Positions 1 through 10,767 of a stretch of 64,000 bases of DNA are shown piece by piece. Made by a program: the position numbers and the translations under genes. The notes below the pieces were generated by a model. That model saw only the letters and a program-made list of their open reading frames with translations. It did no database searches and was not told where the DNA came from. Positions within the stretch are counted from its first letter, which is position 1; the number at the start of each line of letters is the position of its first letter. Location: positions 103,419-167,418 of the forward strand of contig JBAXTD010000001.1 in NCBI GenBank assembly GCA_037130335.1, written 5' to 3'. Source of the stretch: a bacterium (GTDB lineage: Bacteria; Patescibacteriota; Minisyncoccia; Phycocordibacterales; UBA9973).

Positions 1-1
1 C

Positions 2-1675
2 GTCAATCAAACATTTTCGTTGCTTGATCCGTATATCTTTCGTCATGTGATTGATGAATACGCTAGTAAACCAGACATGTATACTCGAGTAGAGTTTTTT
101 CATGGTATCGGTATACTTCTCCTTGCCATTATCGGTGTTGCGCTTGTATCTCGTACTGCCAAAAATTTTCAAGATTATTTTTTAAACGGTGTGAGTCAAC
201 GTGTGGGTGCAGATATTTATCGTGATGGCGTATCACATTCATTGTCGCTTCCATATGCATCATTCGAAGATGAACGAAGTGGGGAGACGCTTGGTAAATT
301 GCAAAAGGTTCGTGAAAATACCGAAAAATTTATTGCAGCATTTGTAAACGTATTGTTTGTGTCGCTTGTCGGATTTATTTTTGTTGCCGTTTATGCAGTT
401 CATATTTTTTGGGGAGTTGCGGTTGCATTCCTTATCACTGTGCCAATTATCGCAGGACTTAGTTTGGTGCTTTCAAAAAAAATAAAAAAGATTCAAAAGG
501 TGATTGTGTCTGAAACGACAATGCTTGCTGGTTCGACCACAGAATCATTGCGCAATATTGAATTAGTAAAAAGTTTAGGTCTTGCTGATCAAGAAATAAA
601 TCGTCTCAACACGACAACAGAAAAAATTCTCAAACTCGAACTCAAAAAACTTCGATATTTGCGAAGTCTCAGTTTTGTGCAAGGTACGGTGATTAATTTT
701 GTTCGTACGTCAATTTTATTTTTCCTTATGTATTTATTGTTTGTAAAGACAATCACATTCGGAGAATTTTTCTCATTGTATATTTATTCGTTTTATATTT
801 TTAATCCACTACAAGAAATTGGTACACTTATTGGCACATATCGTGAGGCAGAGGCATCACTTGCTAACTTTGAACAATTACTACGCCTCTCACCTGAAAT
901 CGCACCCGAGCACCCACAGGCGCTTGGTCCTGTAACCAAACTTTCATTCAAAAATGTTTCATTTACATATGCATCATCAAATGAAAACGCGCTTGATGCA
1001 ATTTCGTACGATATATCACGTGGACAAACCGTTGCGTTCGTTGGACCATCTGGTTCCGGTAAATCATCACTTGTAAAATTATTGGTCGGATTGTATACAC
1101 CGACATCAGGTGAAATTTTGTACAATAATGTTTCTCATAATGAATTAATCAAACAAGAGCTTCGCACGCAGATCGGATTTGTGACCCAAGAGACACAACT
1201 TTTTGCGGGAACAATTCGTGATAATTTGCGATTTGTGTATCCTGATGCGACCGATGAGCAATGTCTCAGCGCTCTCGAAAAGGCACAATGCAAAAATTTG
1301 CTTGTGCGTGGTAAACAAGGACTCGACACAATTATTGGTGAAGGCGGAATGAAATTATCTGGTGGAGAAAAACAACGTCTCTCAATTGCACGATCACTTT
1401 TGCGTGAGCCAAATATTTTGGTATTTGATGAGGCGACAAGCTCACTCGATTCATTGACCGAAGAAGAGATAACCAAAACAATTCGTGATGTAACGCATGT
1501 GAGTTCACATATTACAATTCTCATTGCACATCGACTCTCGACGATTATGCACGCAGACACGATTCATGTATTAGAAAAAGGTAAAATTACAGAATCAGGA
1601 AAACATCAAGAGTTGCTCGACAAAAAAGGTTTGTATTTTGCCATGTGGCGTCAACAGATAGGCGAGCGCATGTAG
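2..1675 (+). CDS. ABC exporter, permease/ATP-binding fusion (5'-truncated by window)
   Basis: TM domain plus Walker A GPSGSGKS, LSGGEKQR and Walker B ILVFDE; frame open to the window edge. Confidence 0.9.
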   Translation, partial: VNQTFSLLDPYIFRHVIDEYASKPDMYTRVEFFHGIGILLLAIIGVALVSRTAKNFQDYFLNGVSQRVGADIYRDGVSHSLSLPYASFEDERSGETLGKLQKVRENTEKFIAAFVNVLFVSLVGFIFVAVYAVHIFWGVAVAFLITVPIIAGLSLVLSKKIKKIQKVIVSETTMLAGSTTESLRNIELVKSLGLADQEINRLNTTTEKILKLELKKLRYLRSLSFVQGTVINFVRTSILFFLMYLLFVKTITFGEFFSLYIYSFYIFNPLQEIGTLIGTYREAEASLANFEQLLRLSPEIAPEHPQALGPVTKLSFKNVSFTYASSNENALDAISYDISRGQTVAFVGPSGSGKSSLVKLLVGLYTPTSGEILYNNVSHNELIKQELRTQIGFVTQETQLFAGTIRDNLRFVYPDATDEQCLSALEKAQCKNLLVRGKQGLDTIIGEGGMKLSGGEKQRLSIARSLLREPNILVFDEATSSLDSLTEEEITKTIRDVTHVSSHITILIAHRLSTIMHADTIHVLEKGKITESGKHQELLDKKGLYFAMWRQQIGERM

Positions 1676-1726
1676 TATCGCATCCTTGAATAAAAAATAT
1701 TTTCCTATATATTACATATACTAATT

Positions 1727-2581
1727 ATGAACAATCACTACGTACTATTATTTTATAAATTTATTACTATAGCTGACCCGAAAGCAGTAGCAGATGAAGA
1801 GCGTGCAATCTGTACAGAACTTGGCCTTATGGGTCGTGTGATTATTGCGCATGAGGGAATTAATGCCACACTTGAAGGCGTACGAGAGCAAGTGGATGCA
1901 TACAAAGAGTTTCTAAAAAATGATTCATATTTTTTTGATATTCTGGTCAAAGAAAGTCCAAGTAACGGTAAATCGTTTCATCGATTATCCGTCAAAGTTC
2001 GTCCAGAAATTGTCACACTCGGTGCGGGTAGCTTTGATGTTAAAAATGAAACAGCAACAGAATTACCTGCGAGTGAGCTACAAAAATGGTATGAAAATAA
2101 TGAAGATTTTGTGGTACTTGATTTGCGTAATGAATATGAAATCATAAGTGGAAAATTCGAAAAAACAATTGATCCAAAGCTCGCAAACTTTCGCGATTTG
2201 CCAGCAAAAATTTCTGAAATGGGTGATTTAAAAAACAAAAAAGTTGTTACGGTTTGTACTGGTGGTATTCGTTGCGAAAAGGCGACATGTCTTTTGAAAA
2301 AAGAAGGTTTCTCTGATGTGTATCAACTCAAAGATGGAATTCATACATATATGCAACAGTATCCGGGTGAACATTTCAAGGGTACACTTTTTGTATTTGA
2401 TGATCGTATGACGACCGACGTAGTGCCGATTCCAAACAAAGAAATAATTGGTACATGTACGTTTTGTAATACGGCAACTGAAGCATACTGTTCCGATGAT
2501 AGTGTACGCCCTTCGCGCAAGATTTTGTGTTGCGGTGATTGTTTTGCGAAAGAATCACACCATCTACGCTCAAGTTGTTAA
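1727..2581 (+). CDS. trhO: Rhodanese-related protein (TrhO/YceA, tRNA U34 hydroxylase family)
   Basis: LFYKF, GRVIIAHEGINATL and CTGGIRCEKA motifs; C-terminal Cys cluster. Confidence 0.8.
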   Translation: MNNHYVLLFYKFITIADPKAVADEERAICTELGLMGRVIIAHEGINATLEGVREQVDAYKEFLKNDSYFFDILVKESPSNGKSFHRLSVKVRPEIVTLGAGSFDVKNETATELPASELQKWYENNEDFVVLDLRNEYEIISGKFEKTIDPKLANFRDLPAKISEMGDLKNKKVVTVCTGGIRCEKATCLLKKEGFSDVYQLKDGIHTYMQQYPGEHFKGTLFVFDDRMTTDVVPIPNKEIIGTCTFCNTATEAYCSDDSVRPSRKILCCGDCFAKESHHLRSSC

Positions 2582-2661
2582 ATAGTCGAGATACGCTCTT
2601 TGAAGAGTATCCAGACGTTTACGGTTCATAAAAGGTTGAAAAATAAGGGTCAAATACGCTA

Positions 2662-2690
2662 TTGACTTTTATTTTTATACGTGATACAAT
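2662..2690 (+). promoter_or_regulatory. sigma70-type promoter
   Basis: TTGACT-17 nt-TACAAT with extended -10 TG, upstream of 2751. Confidence 0.65.
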
Positions 2691-2750
2691 ATGAATGATA
2701 TAAAAACGTCCATGTATGTGGATGATCGTTCATTTTAAAACTAAAGCCGT

Positions 2751-3128
2751 ATGGCAAAGAAACAAAAAATGCCTGCATTCGAAATGAGTATTATTGGTGG
2801 TCCTGGATACAAAGACTATCAAAATCTCAAAAAAGAATTTTTTCTTACTGTTCGTTATTTCGAGAACAGTAAAAAAATTGAGCAAAAAATTAAAGCTCGA
2901 TTTGTATGGTTTTCTTGGCACGATAGTAATCGAACTCTGGTTGCCGAAAATCTACAAGAAAAAAATTTATTTCTTTGTGGGGAAATTGAAATCCTGCAAG
3001 AAGAAACAAGTGTTGTATTACGTAGATCTGTAGAATTCTACAGTCTAAAAAAAAGAACCGGTGAGGTTTTTGAGGAGGGTGCAACTCTCCAAATTAAACC
3101 AACAAGAAATTTTGATACTAAAAAATAA
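2751..3128 (+). CDS. Hypothetical protein
   Basis: 125-aa ORF with its own promoter and a downstream hairpin. Confidence 0.6.
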   Translation: MAKKQKMPAFEMSIIGGPGYKDYQNLKKEFFLTVRYFENSKKIEQKIKARFVWFSWHDSNRTLVAENLQEKNLFLCGEIEILQEETSVVLRRSVEFYSLKKRTGEVFEEGATLQIKPTRNFDTKK

Positions 3129-3147
3129 TTGGTATCACACAAATAAT

Positions 3148-3184
3148 AACCAGCTATTACATGTATATGTATAGCTGGTTTTTT
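3148..3184. terminator. Bidirectional intrinsic terminator
   Basis: AACCAGCTAT...ATAGCTGGTT stem plus T-run between convergent genes. Confidence 0.6.
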
Positions 3185-4674
3185 TATTCCACGTGCACTT
3201 TGATATCAGTACGTTCGTTTTTGAGTTTGAGAAACAGTGTTGCGAATGCACCGACAAAGATGATGACTGCGGCGATGAGGAATACATAATCGTATGCATC
3301 AATTTGTGCCTTGAGTTCTACGAGTCCGATATATTTTTGCATCACGATGGGTGAGTGACTATTTAGTTTACTGAAACTATTTATTGAAAATATATTATTT
3401 TTCACACGATCGTTTAGAATTGTTGCAAAGATTGCAATTCCAAATGCTCCGGCAACGTTGCGTACGAGTGCGAGGATTGATGATGCAACTCCGATTTCAC
3501 TTTGAGGAACTACAGATGCAATGATGTTTGTACGTTGTGCCATTCCAAATCCAAGTCCGAATGCCATGATTGAAAGAGGAATCATAATGTCGAGCGCTGT
3601 TGATTTGGGTTCGAGGTAAGAAAAGAAAAATATTCCAATTGATGCGACGATTGTACTCCAAAAAATAACGTACCGTGATTGAACTTTACCTGTGAGTGCT
3701 CCACCAATCGGTGCACCAATCATCATTGCGACCGCCATTGGCATAAACAAATATCCTGATTGTGTGGCATTGTATCCGAGAAATGTTTGAGCAAAAACTG
3801 GAATGAGAAAGATACCTCCCATAAGTCCCATAAATACAACAAAGTTATTTGCGAGCGCATTGAGAAATGCTGGAATTTTGAAAAATTTCAAATCCACGAT
3901 TGGTTCTGGAACTTTGTTTTCGATTTTTATAAATAGAATAAATGTTACAACGATAAAGAAATAACAAATTAAACTTGGTGATGAGAGCCAACCCCAATCT
4001 GTTCCTTGATCAAGTACGAGCACGACAGCAGAAAGCATTCCGCCTAATGTAAATGCGCCCCACCAATCAAAAAATTTTGTTTTTATTTCTGAACGAGATT
4101 CGTTGATAAATTGTATTGCCATGTAAATTCCAATAAGTCCGATTGGTAGATTAATGAGAAATACTGACCGCCAGCCGAAATTATCAATGAGTGGTCCACC
4201 GAGAAGTGGTCCAAATACTGTTGCTGCGGCAAATGATGAAGACCAGATACCAAGTGCTTGCGCGCGTTCTTTACCTTCGCGAAATGTGATTGCGAGAATT
4301 GCCATTGCGGTAGGGTAATCAGCCGATCCAGCTATTGCTTGAATTACACGAAAGACAATCATTGATTGGAGGTTCCATGCAAATCCGGCGAGGACTGATC
4401 CGACGATAAAAATCGAAAATCCAATGATGTAAACTTTTTTGCGTCCGATTGTGTCACCAAGTTTGCCCCAAATCGGCACAAAGACTGCATTGGCGAGAAT
4501 GTATGCAGTTGCAATCCATCCCGCAGCAGAAACACTGATACCAAAATCATTGATAATTTTGGGCAGTGCGAGATTGACGATGGTTTGATCGAGTCTACCT
4601 AGAAATGTTCCGACAATGACGGTGAGTAAAATCCACCAACGTAGATTATTTTTTTTAGATGGAATTGTTTCCAT
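3184..4674 (-). CDS. DHA2/EmrB-family MFS efflux pump
   Basis: LDQTIVNLALP, GKLGDTIGRKK and GWRSVFLINLPIG motifs; about 14 TM segments. Confidence 0.9.
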   Translation of the reverse strand: METIPSKKNNLRWWILLTVIVGTFLGRLDQTIVNLALPKIINDFGISVSAAGWIATAYILANAVFVPIWGKLGDTIGRKKVYIIGFSIFIVGSVLAGFAWNLQSMIVFRVIQAIAGSADYPTAMAILAITFREGKERAQALGIWSSSFAAATVFGPLLGGPLIDNFGWRSVFLINLPIGLIGIYMAIQFINESRSEIKTKFFDWWGAFTLGGMLSAVVLVLDQGTDWGWLSSPSLICYFFIVVTFILFIKIENKVPEPIVDLKFFKIPAFLNALANNFVVFMGLMGGIFLIPVFAQTFLGYNATQSGYLFMPMAVAMMIGAPIGGALTGKVQSRYVIFWSTIVASIGIFFFSYLEPKSTALDIMIPLSIMAFGLGFGMAQRTNIIASVVPQSEIGVASSILALVRNVAGAFGIAIFATILNDRVKNNIFSINSFSKLNSHSPIVMQKYIGLVELKAQIDAYDYVFLIAAVIIFVGAFATLFLKLKNERTDIKVHVE

Positions 4675-4679
4675 AAAAA

Positions 4680-5321
4680 TTATTTTGTATATACCGTAAT
4701 TTTTGCAGACATTCCGTTTTTGAGTTCAGGATAGTCGGCGACGTTGAAACGAACTTTGATATCAAATTTTTTTGTTGGACGTTTGTCAGAAATTGAAAAC
4801 AAAACTCCTGTGTCGTCTGATGTTGAACTGATACTGTCGACAATTCCAACATATGTTTTACTGCCAAAGGTATCAACAGTGAATGTTGCTTTTTGCCCAA
4901 CGTGTATATTTTCTAATCCTTTGTTTTCGTCGATTGTTCCCATGACACGCATGTCTTCTGTGTGAATCATTGAAACAATCGGTTCGCCTGGTGTAAAGTA
5001 TTCTCCGATATTATTTTTGATCGTCAAAATAAGTCCACTTTGTTTGGAAGTTACGATATCTGTCCCTGTGAGCGCGACTGGTGTGTTTGCTTGGATTGAT
5101 TGACCTTCAGTTACATAGAGAGCGTTGAGTGTTCCTGGTGTGTTTGAAGAGAGATTAATGACAGGTGCACTTAGGTATGAATTTTCAATAAAAATTGTAT
5201 TTTTGTTTGATTGCCAAAAAATAAATCCAATAAGCATTGCTATTACGCCAACTATTCCAATGATACTTTGTACATTTGGTTTCTGTAAAATATTTTGTTT
5301 TTTTGTAGTTTGTTCTTCCAT
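4680..5321 (-). CDS. EmrA/HlyD-type efflux adaptor
   Basis: N-terminal TM, lipoyl-like and beta-barrel segments, LKNGMSAKITV end; adjacent to the MFS gene. Confidence 0.75.
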   Translation of the reverse strand: MEEQTTKKQNILQKPNVQSIIGIVGVIAMLIGFIFWQSNKNTIFIENSYLSAPVINLSSNTPGTLNALYVTEGQSIQANTPVALTGTDIVTSKQSGLILTIKNNIGEYFTPGEPIVSMIHTEDMRVMGTIDENKGLENIHVGQKATFTVDTFGSKTYVGIVDSISSTSDDTGVLFSISDKRPTKKFDIKVRFNVADYPELKNGMSAKITVYTK

Positions 5322-5342
5322 ATATGTATATATTAATTATGT

Positions 5343-6431
5343 TTAATGAGATGAGATTAATTCAATAACTGGTGTATTTGGTGTTGCGATTTGTCCAGCA
5401 GTGATTGAAACATTTGCGATTGTTCCGTCGACAGGGGCAGTTATAACTGTGTTGTTGTAATTACCTTGTGCAATTTGAAGTGCACCTTTTGTGCTTTCAA
5501 CTTGGGCTTGTGCAATTTGTAAATCTTCGGATCGTGTACCAGCAACTTTTTGATTTAGGTTTGCTTGTGCAGTATCAACTGTGCCTTGTGCAGTAGCGAT
5601 TGTTTGAGCTTGTGTTTGTAATGCTGATTGATATGCATTGTATGACGCGAGATATGTAGATGACTGTGTGTTTGGAATCGTAATTGTCCATATTGAATTC
5701 GAGCCTAAATTAAAATTTTGTGGAAATTGTATATAGAGACCTCGTGTACCGAGTGGAATCGCGACTGTGCCGACCGTTGCTTTGCCTGTTTCTAATCCTG
5801 TGTATGTGAAATAGTATCCACTTTGTGTTGGATATACCGTGATTGTATATGTTCCTTCCTCGTTGTTTGCGTACGTTCCAGAAATCGTGGGCGATGATGG
5901 AATTACTACGTTTGTCATGGTAGGTAATGCAGTAAGTCCACTGTTGTGTAGATTTGAAAGTGCATTTGTGACCAATACTTTTTGGGATGATACTGTATTG
6001 TCGTAATTATTTTTTGCGTTTGTGAGTGCTACTTGTGCAATTTGAATGTCTGTTTCAGTTGACCCTGCAATTAATTTTGCATAATTGTTTTGTGCAGCAA
6101 GATATGCACCGTTTGCTTGACTGACTGCGCCGAGTGCGTTTTGACTATCGAGACTTGCGAGGGTTTGTCCTGCTTTGACTTTATCTCCAATTTTTACAGA
6201 TACACTTTGAATTCTGCCACCGACTGGAAACGCAAGTGTGAGATCTTGTCCGGAAGTTATAGTCGTTGCAGAAGTTGTATTATTTGAAATATGTGCAAAC
6301 ATCGCTGTGCGATGTTTGTTTTGTATTACCAAAAACAATGCGCCTATAAGTATAGCAATAGCGAGAGTTACGCCGATTGCTTTTTTGGGTTTAGAAAGTA
6401 TACGTGCACATGTATTTTTAAATTTTTGCAT
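5343..6431 (-). CDS. HlyD/RND membrane-fusion-like adaptor protein
   Basis: GRIQSVSVKIGDKVKAGQTLA and ITAPVDGTI lipoyl halves with coiled coil. Confidence 0.75.
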   Translation of the reverse strand: MQKFKNTCARILSKPKKAIGVTLAIAILIGALFLVIQNKHRTAMFAHISNNTTSATTITSGQDLTLAFPVGGRIQSVSVKIGDKVKAGQTLASLDSQNALGAVSQANGAYLAAQNNYAKLIAGSTETDIQIAQVALTNAKNNYDNTVSSQKVLVTNALSNLHNSGLTALPTMTNVVIPSSPTISGTYANNEEGTYTITVYPTQSGYYFTYTGLETGKATVGTVAIPLGTRGLYIQFPQNFNLGSNSIWTITIPNTQSSTYLASYNAYQSALQTQAQTIATAQGTVDTAQANLNQKVAGTRSEDLQIAQAQVESTKGALQIAQGNYNNTVITAPVDGTIANVSITAGQIATPNTPVIELISSH

Positions 6432-6585
6432 ACCTCTTATTAACACATTTTTTGCAAAAAAGCAAGGTTTTGATTTTGTATTTTTGGACCCAAAAGTTTG
6501 AATTTATGGTATAGTGCGCCTGTATTACTAGTGTCTATATTGGGCATATCGTTTTGTCGTGATTTATTAATTATCTTTATTACAT

Positions 6586-7983
6586 ATGAAAAATATATTC
6601 TCAAAAATTATCTTCAGTGCTATGGTTCTCGTCACATCGTTTGTTTTTTCGGTGCATGTACACGCATACGTTACACCAACACTTTCTGTGTATGGTACAA
6701 GTGATGGAGATTCTGTGCAGGTCAATGCGTATGCCGATCCAAACGTAAGTATCACATTGTATTATCTCAAATCAGGTGCAGGTCAGCAGATTATTTCTCT
6801 CGGTAATACAAACTCAAGTGGTTTTCTTTCTACTACGGTAAGTAGTTCGCAATATGGTGTGATGTCAAATAGTCCAGTTCATATCACAGCAAACGGTATA
6901 AACGGAATATCATCATCGGTTGTAAATTGGCCGATTGTTACAACAAACATCACTAATGGAAATCTTTTGAGCCAGACAAGTGTGACAGTTTCTGTGGGGC
7001 AATCAGCAACAATAAATACAATCAACAATGTTGGTTCATTGTCTGTTTCAAGTAACTCAAATTCAAATGTCGCAAGTGTATATACAAATGGTAGTACAGT
7101 GACTGTCACTGGTAGTATGGTTGGTTCAACTACAATCAATATTTGTAATGCGTATTATAATCTCGTACCAAATTGTCAGAATTTATACGTTACTGTGCAA
7201 AATAGTAACAGTGGAAATCAAATAACATTTAGTCAAACAAATCCAACAATTTCTGTCGGACAAAATGTAAATATTTTTTTGTACGGAGGTTCTTCAAATT
7301 ATTACAGTATTTCTTCTAATTCAAATATAAATATTGTACAAGCAAGTATTTCTGGAAATAGTTTGAATGTGTACGGATTGTCATACGGTTCTTCTGTTAT
7401 AAATGTGTGTTCTTCAAATGGATATAGTTGTGGTCAAATTACAATAATGGTTTCTGGAAATAATCAGCCTGTATACAACACGAGCACAACTTTTTTGAAT
7501 GTAACACAATCAAAAATAAATATACTTACTGGTCAAAATACAACACTCTCTGTTTCTGGAGGTTCAGGTAGTGGATACAATATGGCATATATTTCTGGCT
7601 CCGGAATTATTTCTGGAGGCATAGCAGGAAATATCGTTACCGTCAGAGGAATTAGAAATGGATATGCCGTTATGGTTATTTGTGACTCGCTTAGTAATTG
7701 TGTTCCTGTTTCTGTTGTTGTCGGAAATACAATAAACCCATTAGGTAATCAATATCGATTTACTCAATATCTTTCGTTTGGTTCAACAGGAGCAGAAGTT
7801 GTTGCCTTACAACAAAGACTTACACAAGAGGGTGTATATAGTGGCCCAATCATTGGTGTTTTTGGTCCAATGACACAAGCGTCTGTGCAGCGATATCAAA
7901 GTGCGCATGGAATTCCAGTAACGGGTGTACTCGATAGTCTCACTCAAAACATGTTGAATGCTCAATTAAACATCGTATATTAA
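6586..7983 (+). CDS. Secreted S/N/T-rich Ig-like repeat protein with C-terminal peptidoglycan-binding domain
   Basis: Signal peptide; ~85-aa repeats (SNSN.N.A..I.G..L.V.G...GS..I.VC); LSFGSTGAEVVALQQRL...GVFGPMTQASVQRYQ. Confidence 0.75.
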   Translation: MKNIFSKIIFSAMVLVTSFVFSVHVHAYVTPTLSVYGTSDGDSVQVNAYADPNVSITLYYLKSGAGQQIISLGNTNSSGFLSTTVSSSQYGVMSNSPVHITANGINGISSSVVNWPIVTTNITNGNLLSQTSVTVSVGQSATINTINNVGSLSVSSNSNSNVASVYTNGSTVTVTGSMVGSTTINICNAYYNLVPNCQNLYVTVQNSNSGNQITFSQTNPTISVGQNVNIFLYGGSSNYYSISSNSNINIVQASISGNSLNVYGLSYGSSVINVCSSNGYSCGQITIMVSGNNQPVYNTSTTFLNVTQSKINILTGQNTTLSVSGGSGSGYNMAYISGSGIISGGIAGNIVTVRGIRNGYAVMVICDSLSNCVPVSVVVGNTINPLGNQYRFTQYLSFGSTGAEVVALQQRLTQEGVYSGPIIGVFGPMTQASVQRYQSAHGIPVTGVLDSLTQNMLNAQLNIVY

Positions 7984-8013
7984 TTTTTTATTTCTCTCTG
8001 ATATACTGTGTGT

Positions 8014-8394
8014 ATGAAATCAATTACAAAAACTCTTCTCGAAATAGAAGACCGTGCGCGATTACATTTTGAAAAAACTCCTTTTTTGCAAGCATTGCTT
8101 GCAGGTATTGGTGTGATTATTTTTTGGCGTGGAATTTGGGAATGGCTCGATGTGCAAAAAATTTCTCCAGTTGTCTCAGTGATGATTGGAAGTTTGATAC
8201 TTCTTTCTGTTGGAGTTTTTGTACAAACGTTTATTGGAAATACGATTATTATCAAAAACGTAAAACAAGAAGAACAGCTCGAGAAAAAAGCTATCAAAGA
8301 AATGGAGAGTGAAGTTGATACCGAAGAAGTAACACTTGCGAGTTTGTCTGCAAAGCTTGATTCGCTTTTGCAAAAGATTGACGATAAAAAATAA
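8014..8394 (+). CDS. Small membrane protein
   Basis: Two TM segments, GVIIFWRGIW motif, coiled-coil tail. Confidence 0.65.
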   Translation: MKSITKTLLEIEDRARLHFEKTPFLQALLAGIGVIIFWRGIWEWLDVQKISPVVSVMIGSLILLSVGVFVQTFIGNTIIIKNVKQEEQLEKKAIKEMESEVDTEEVTLASLSAKLDSLLQKIDDKK

Positions 8395-9183
8395 ATGCAA
8401 AAAAAAAGAGATTCTAAAAAACAAAATATTCAAAAGACGCCACAGAATTCATGGGGTGGTGTAGCAGATTGGTACGATGAATATCTAGAGACAAACAAAG
8501 ATAGCTATCAAGAAAAAGTTATCGCGCCAAACTTGCTTCGAATTTTGGACATAAAAAAAGGAATGAGAATTGCCGATGTTGCATGTGGGCAAGGATTCTT
8601 TGCTCGCAAATTCAAAACCGAGGGTGCCCATGTGATTGGTTCTGATATTTCTTTCGAGCTTGTTGCTTCTGCCAAAAAACATTCAAATGATATTGAGTAT
8701 GTCGTTTCGCCTGCACACAAACTTCCGTTTCTAAAAGATGAATCAATTGATGTGGTGACAATCGTGCTCGCAATTCAAAATATCAAAGAAATGGATTTAG
8801 TTTTTAAAGAAGTATATCGTGTGCTTGCAAAAGGTGGACGATTAATTTTAGTCCTCAATCATCCAGCATTTCGAATTCCGAAACGTTCAAGTTGGGAGTT
8901 TGATGAAAAAAATAACAAACAATATCGTCGAATAGATGGATATTTAACCGAAAATAAAAATGTGATCGTCATGCATCCTGGACAAACGGGAAGTGAAGAA
9001 ACGATTTCGTATCATCGCAGTCTACAGGATTTTTTCAAAACATTTTATAAAACAAATTTTGCTGTGACGCGACTTGAAGAATGGATTTCTCACAAAAAAA
9101 GTGAACGTGGTCTGCGACAAATCGCCGAGGATACAGCACGCAAAGAAATTCCAATGTTTATGATGATAGAGGCAAAAAAATAA
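8395..9183 (+). CDS. Class I SAM-dependent methyltransferase
   Basis: IADVACGQG motif I; RVLAKGGRL. Confidence 0.85.
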   Translation: MQKKRDSKKQNIQKTPQNSWGGVADWYDEYLETNKDSYQEKVIAPNLLRILDIKKGMRIADVACGQGFFARKFKTEGAHVIGSDISFELVASAKKHSNDIEYVVSPAHKLPFLKDESIDVVTIVLAIQNIKEMDLVFKEVYRVLAKGGRLILVLNHPAFRIPKRSSWEFDEKNNKQYRRIDGYLTENKNVIVMHPGQTGSEETISYHRSLQDFFKTFYKTNFAVTRLEEWISHKKSERGLRQIAEDTARKEIPMFMMIEAKK

Positions 9184-9199
9184 AACCCTTAACGGGGTT

Positions 9200-9853
9200 T
9201 TATTTTTTGTAAAATTTAAACACCAAACTCTCCGGTAACACTTCCGCTTTGAAATAATGCCCATATTCTGGTGAGCGAACTTTTATTTTATTTAATTCGT
9301 TTATTCTGTTTTGTTCGGCTGTGTCGATTTCAAAAATTATTTCTGGGTGATCGGCTAATTCTCTCATGAGTCGCTCAAATGAATGAATTCCATATATTAT
9401 TAGATCGGTGTAAATAATTATTTGTCCTCCTGGTTTGAGTAATCGAAGTGCTTCTTTGAGTACGGGAAGTCGTTCTCGATAAAACAAATCTATCTCTGAT
9501 TCGTCTCCGGCAAGTGGTCGATCGATGACAACAGTGTTGCCACTTTCAATTTTTATATTGGTACCCGCCTTATTCCATGTTTCGTGAATGGGTGCGGTGA
9601 GAGTGTTGCATATAAATATCTTATCAAACGATGTATCTGGTAGATAAATATTGATTGCGTCTTCGATGAGTAATTTTGGATTCGTTGGATATGGTTCATC
9701 ACTTTGAGCGAGTGCTTTAATATTTGCGCGAGCCTGTAGGAGTCTTTCCTGATCGATATCTATACCGGTATATTCGTCGTCAACGTTCCATGGAATTTGA
9801 TAACGAATGAAATAGGGAATCGAGCCCGTACCGATTTCGAGAATTTTTTGCAT
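9200..9853 (-). CDS. Class I SAM-dependent methyltransferase
   Basis: ILEIGTGS, GIDID and RLLKPGG motifs. Confidence 0.7.
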   Translation of the reverse strand: MQKILEIGTGSIPYFIRYQIPWNVDDEYTGIDIDQERLLQARANIKALAQSDEPYPTNPKLLIEDAINIYLPDTSFDKIFICNTLTAPIHETWNKAGTNIKIESGNTVVIDRPLAGDESEIDLFYRERLPVLKEALRLLKPGGQIIIYTDLIIYGIHSFERLMRELADHPEIIFEIDTAEQNRINELNKIKVRSPEYGHYFKAEVLPESLVFKFYKK

Positions 9854-9943
9854 GTTGTATGTATTGTATCAAAACTTTGATTTTGCGTATACGTAATTTG
9901 AAATATTGAGTATTTCATGAAAATATGTCATAGTGCAGATGTA

Positions 9944-10723
9944 ATGATTAAACAAGATAAAAAATTCGTATCTGACAAAATATATATTTATGGCCATCAT
10001 GCTGTCGAAGAAGCTCTTTTGAACTGCCCACAATCGATGGATTTGATTTTGGCTGCACACCCGATTTCTTCAGAATATCTACAAATCGCAAAAGACAATA
10101 AAATTCGTATCGAAAAATTAACCAAAGATTCTATTCCGCGCGGAGTAGACAATACACTCGTACACCAAGGATATATTGGTCGTATTTCAATCGAAAATCT
10201 CGTTCGTCCATATAATGAATTCATTGAAACACTCGAAGTTACACCAGACATATGTATCGTCGTGCTTGGCGAAGTACAAGATCCACAAAACGTTGGCGCA
10301 ATTATTCGCTCGGCTGCTGCGTTTGGAATTGCGGCTGTGCTTATTCCAGAACACAAGCAGGCACAAGTAAATGGAACTGTCGTAAAAGTTTCTGCAGGTA
10401 TGGCTTTTCGCGTGCCACTTGTAAAAATCGGAAATGTAAATACAACTATCAAAGATTTGAAAGAGAGAGGATTTTGGATTTACGGACTTGATGGTGGAGC
10501 CAAACAATCACTTTCATCTGAAAAATTTGAATCCGCTGCAGTAATCATTCTCGGCAATGAAGGCGAGGGTATTCGTGAAAAAACTCTCGAAGCATGTGAT
10601 ATTCCACTTGCAATTCCAATGAACAAAAACTGTGAATCACTCAACGTGGCAGCTTCGGGTGCAGTTGCATTGTATGCATGGAGTGCTAAACACCCCAAAG
10701 CACTAAAGCGAGGAGAATTCTAA
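9944..10723 (+). CDS. rlmB: TrmH/SpoU-family RNA methyltransferase (RlmB-like)
   Basis: IYGHHAVEEAL, QDPQNVGAIIRSA, GNEGEGI and ESLNVAAS motifs; start could be 9917. Confidence 0.85.
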   Translation: MIKQDKKFVSDKIYIYGHHAVEEALLNCPQSMDLILAAHPISSEYLQIAKDNKIRIEKLTKDSIPRGVDNTLVHQGYIGRISIENLVRPYNEFIETLEVTPDICIVVLGEVQDPQNVGAIIRSAAAFGIAAVLIPEHKQAQVNGTVVKVSAGMAFRVPLVKIGNVNTTIKDLKERGFWIYGLDGGAKQSLSSEKFESAAVIILGNEGEGIREKTLEACDIPLAIPMNKNCESLNVAASGAVALYAWSAKHPKALKRGEF

Positions 10724-10767
10724 AAACCTTTCATTTTGGACAAAAATACGGTATTGTCTATATGTAT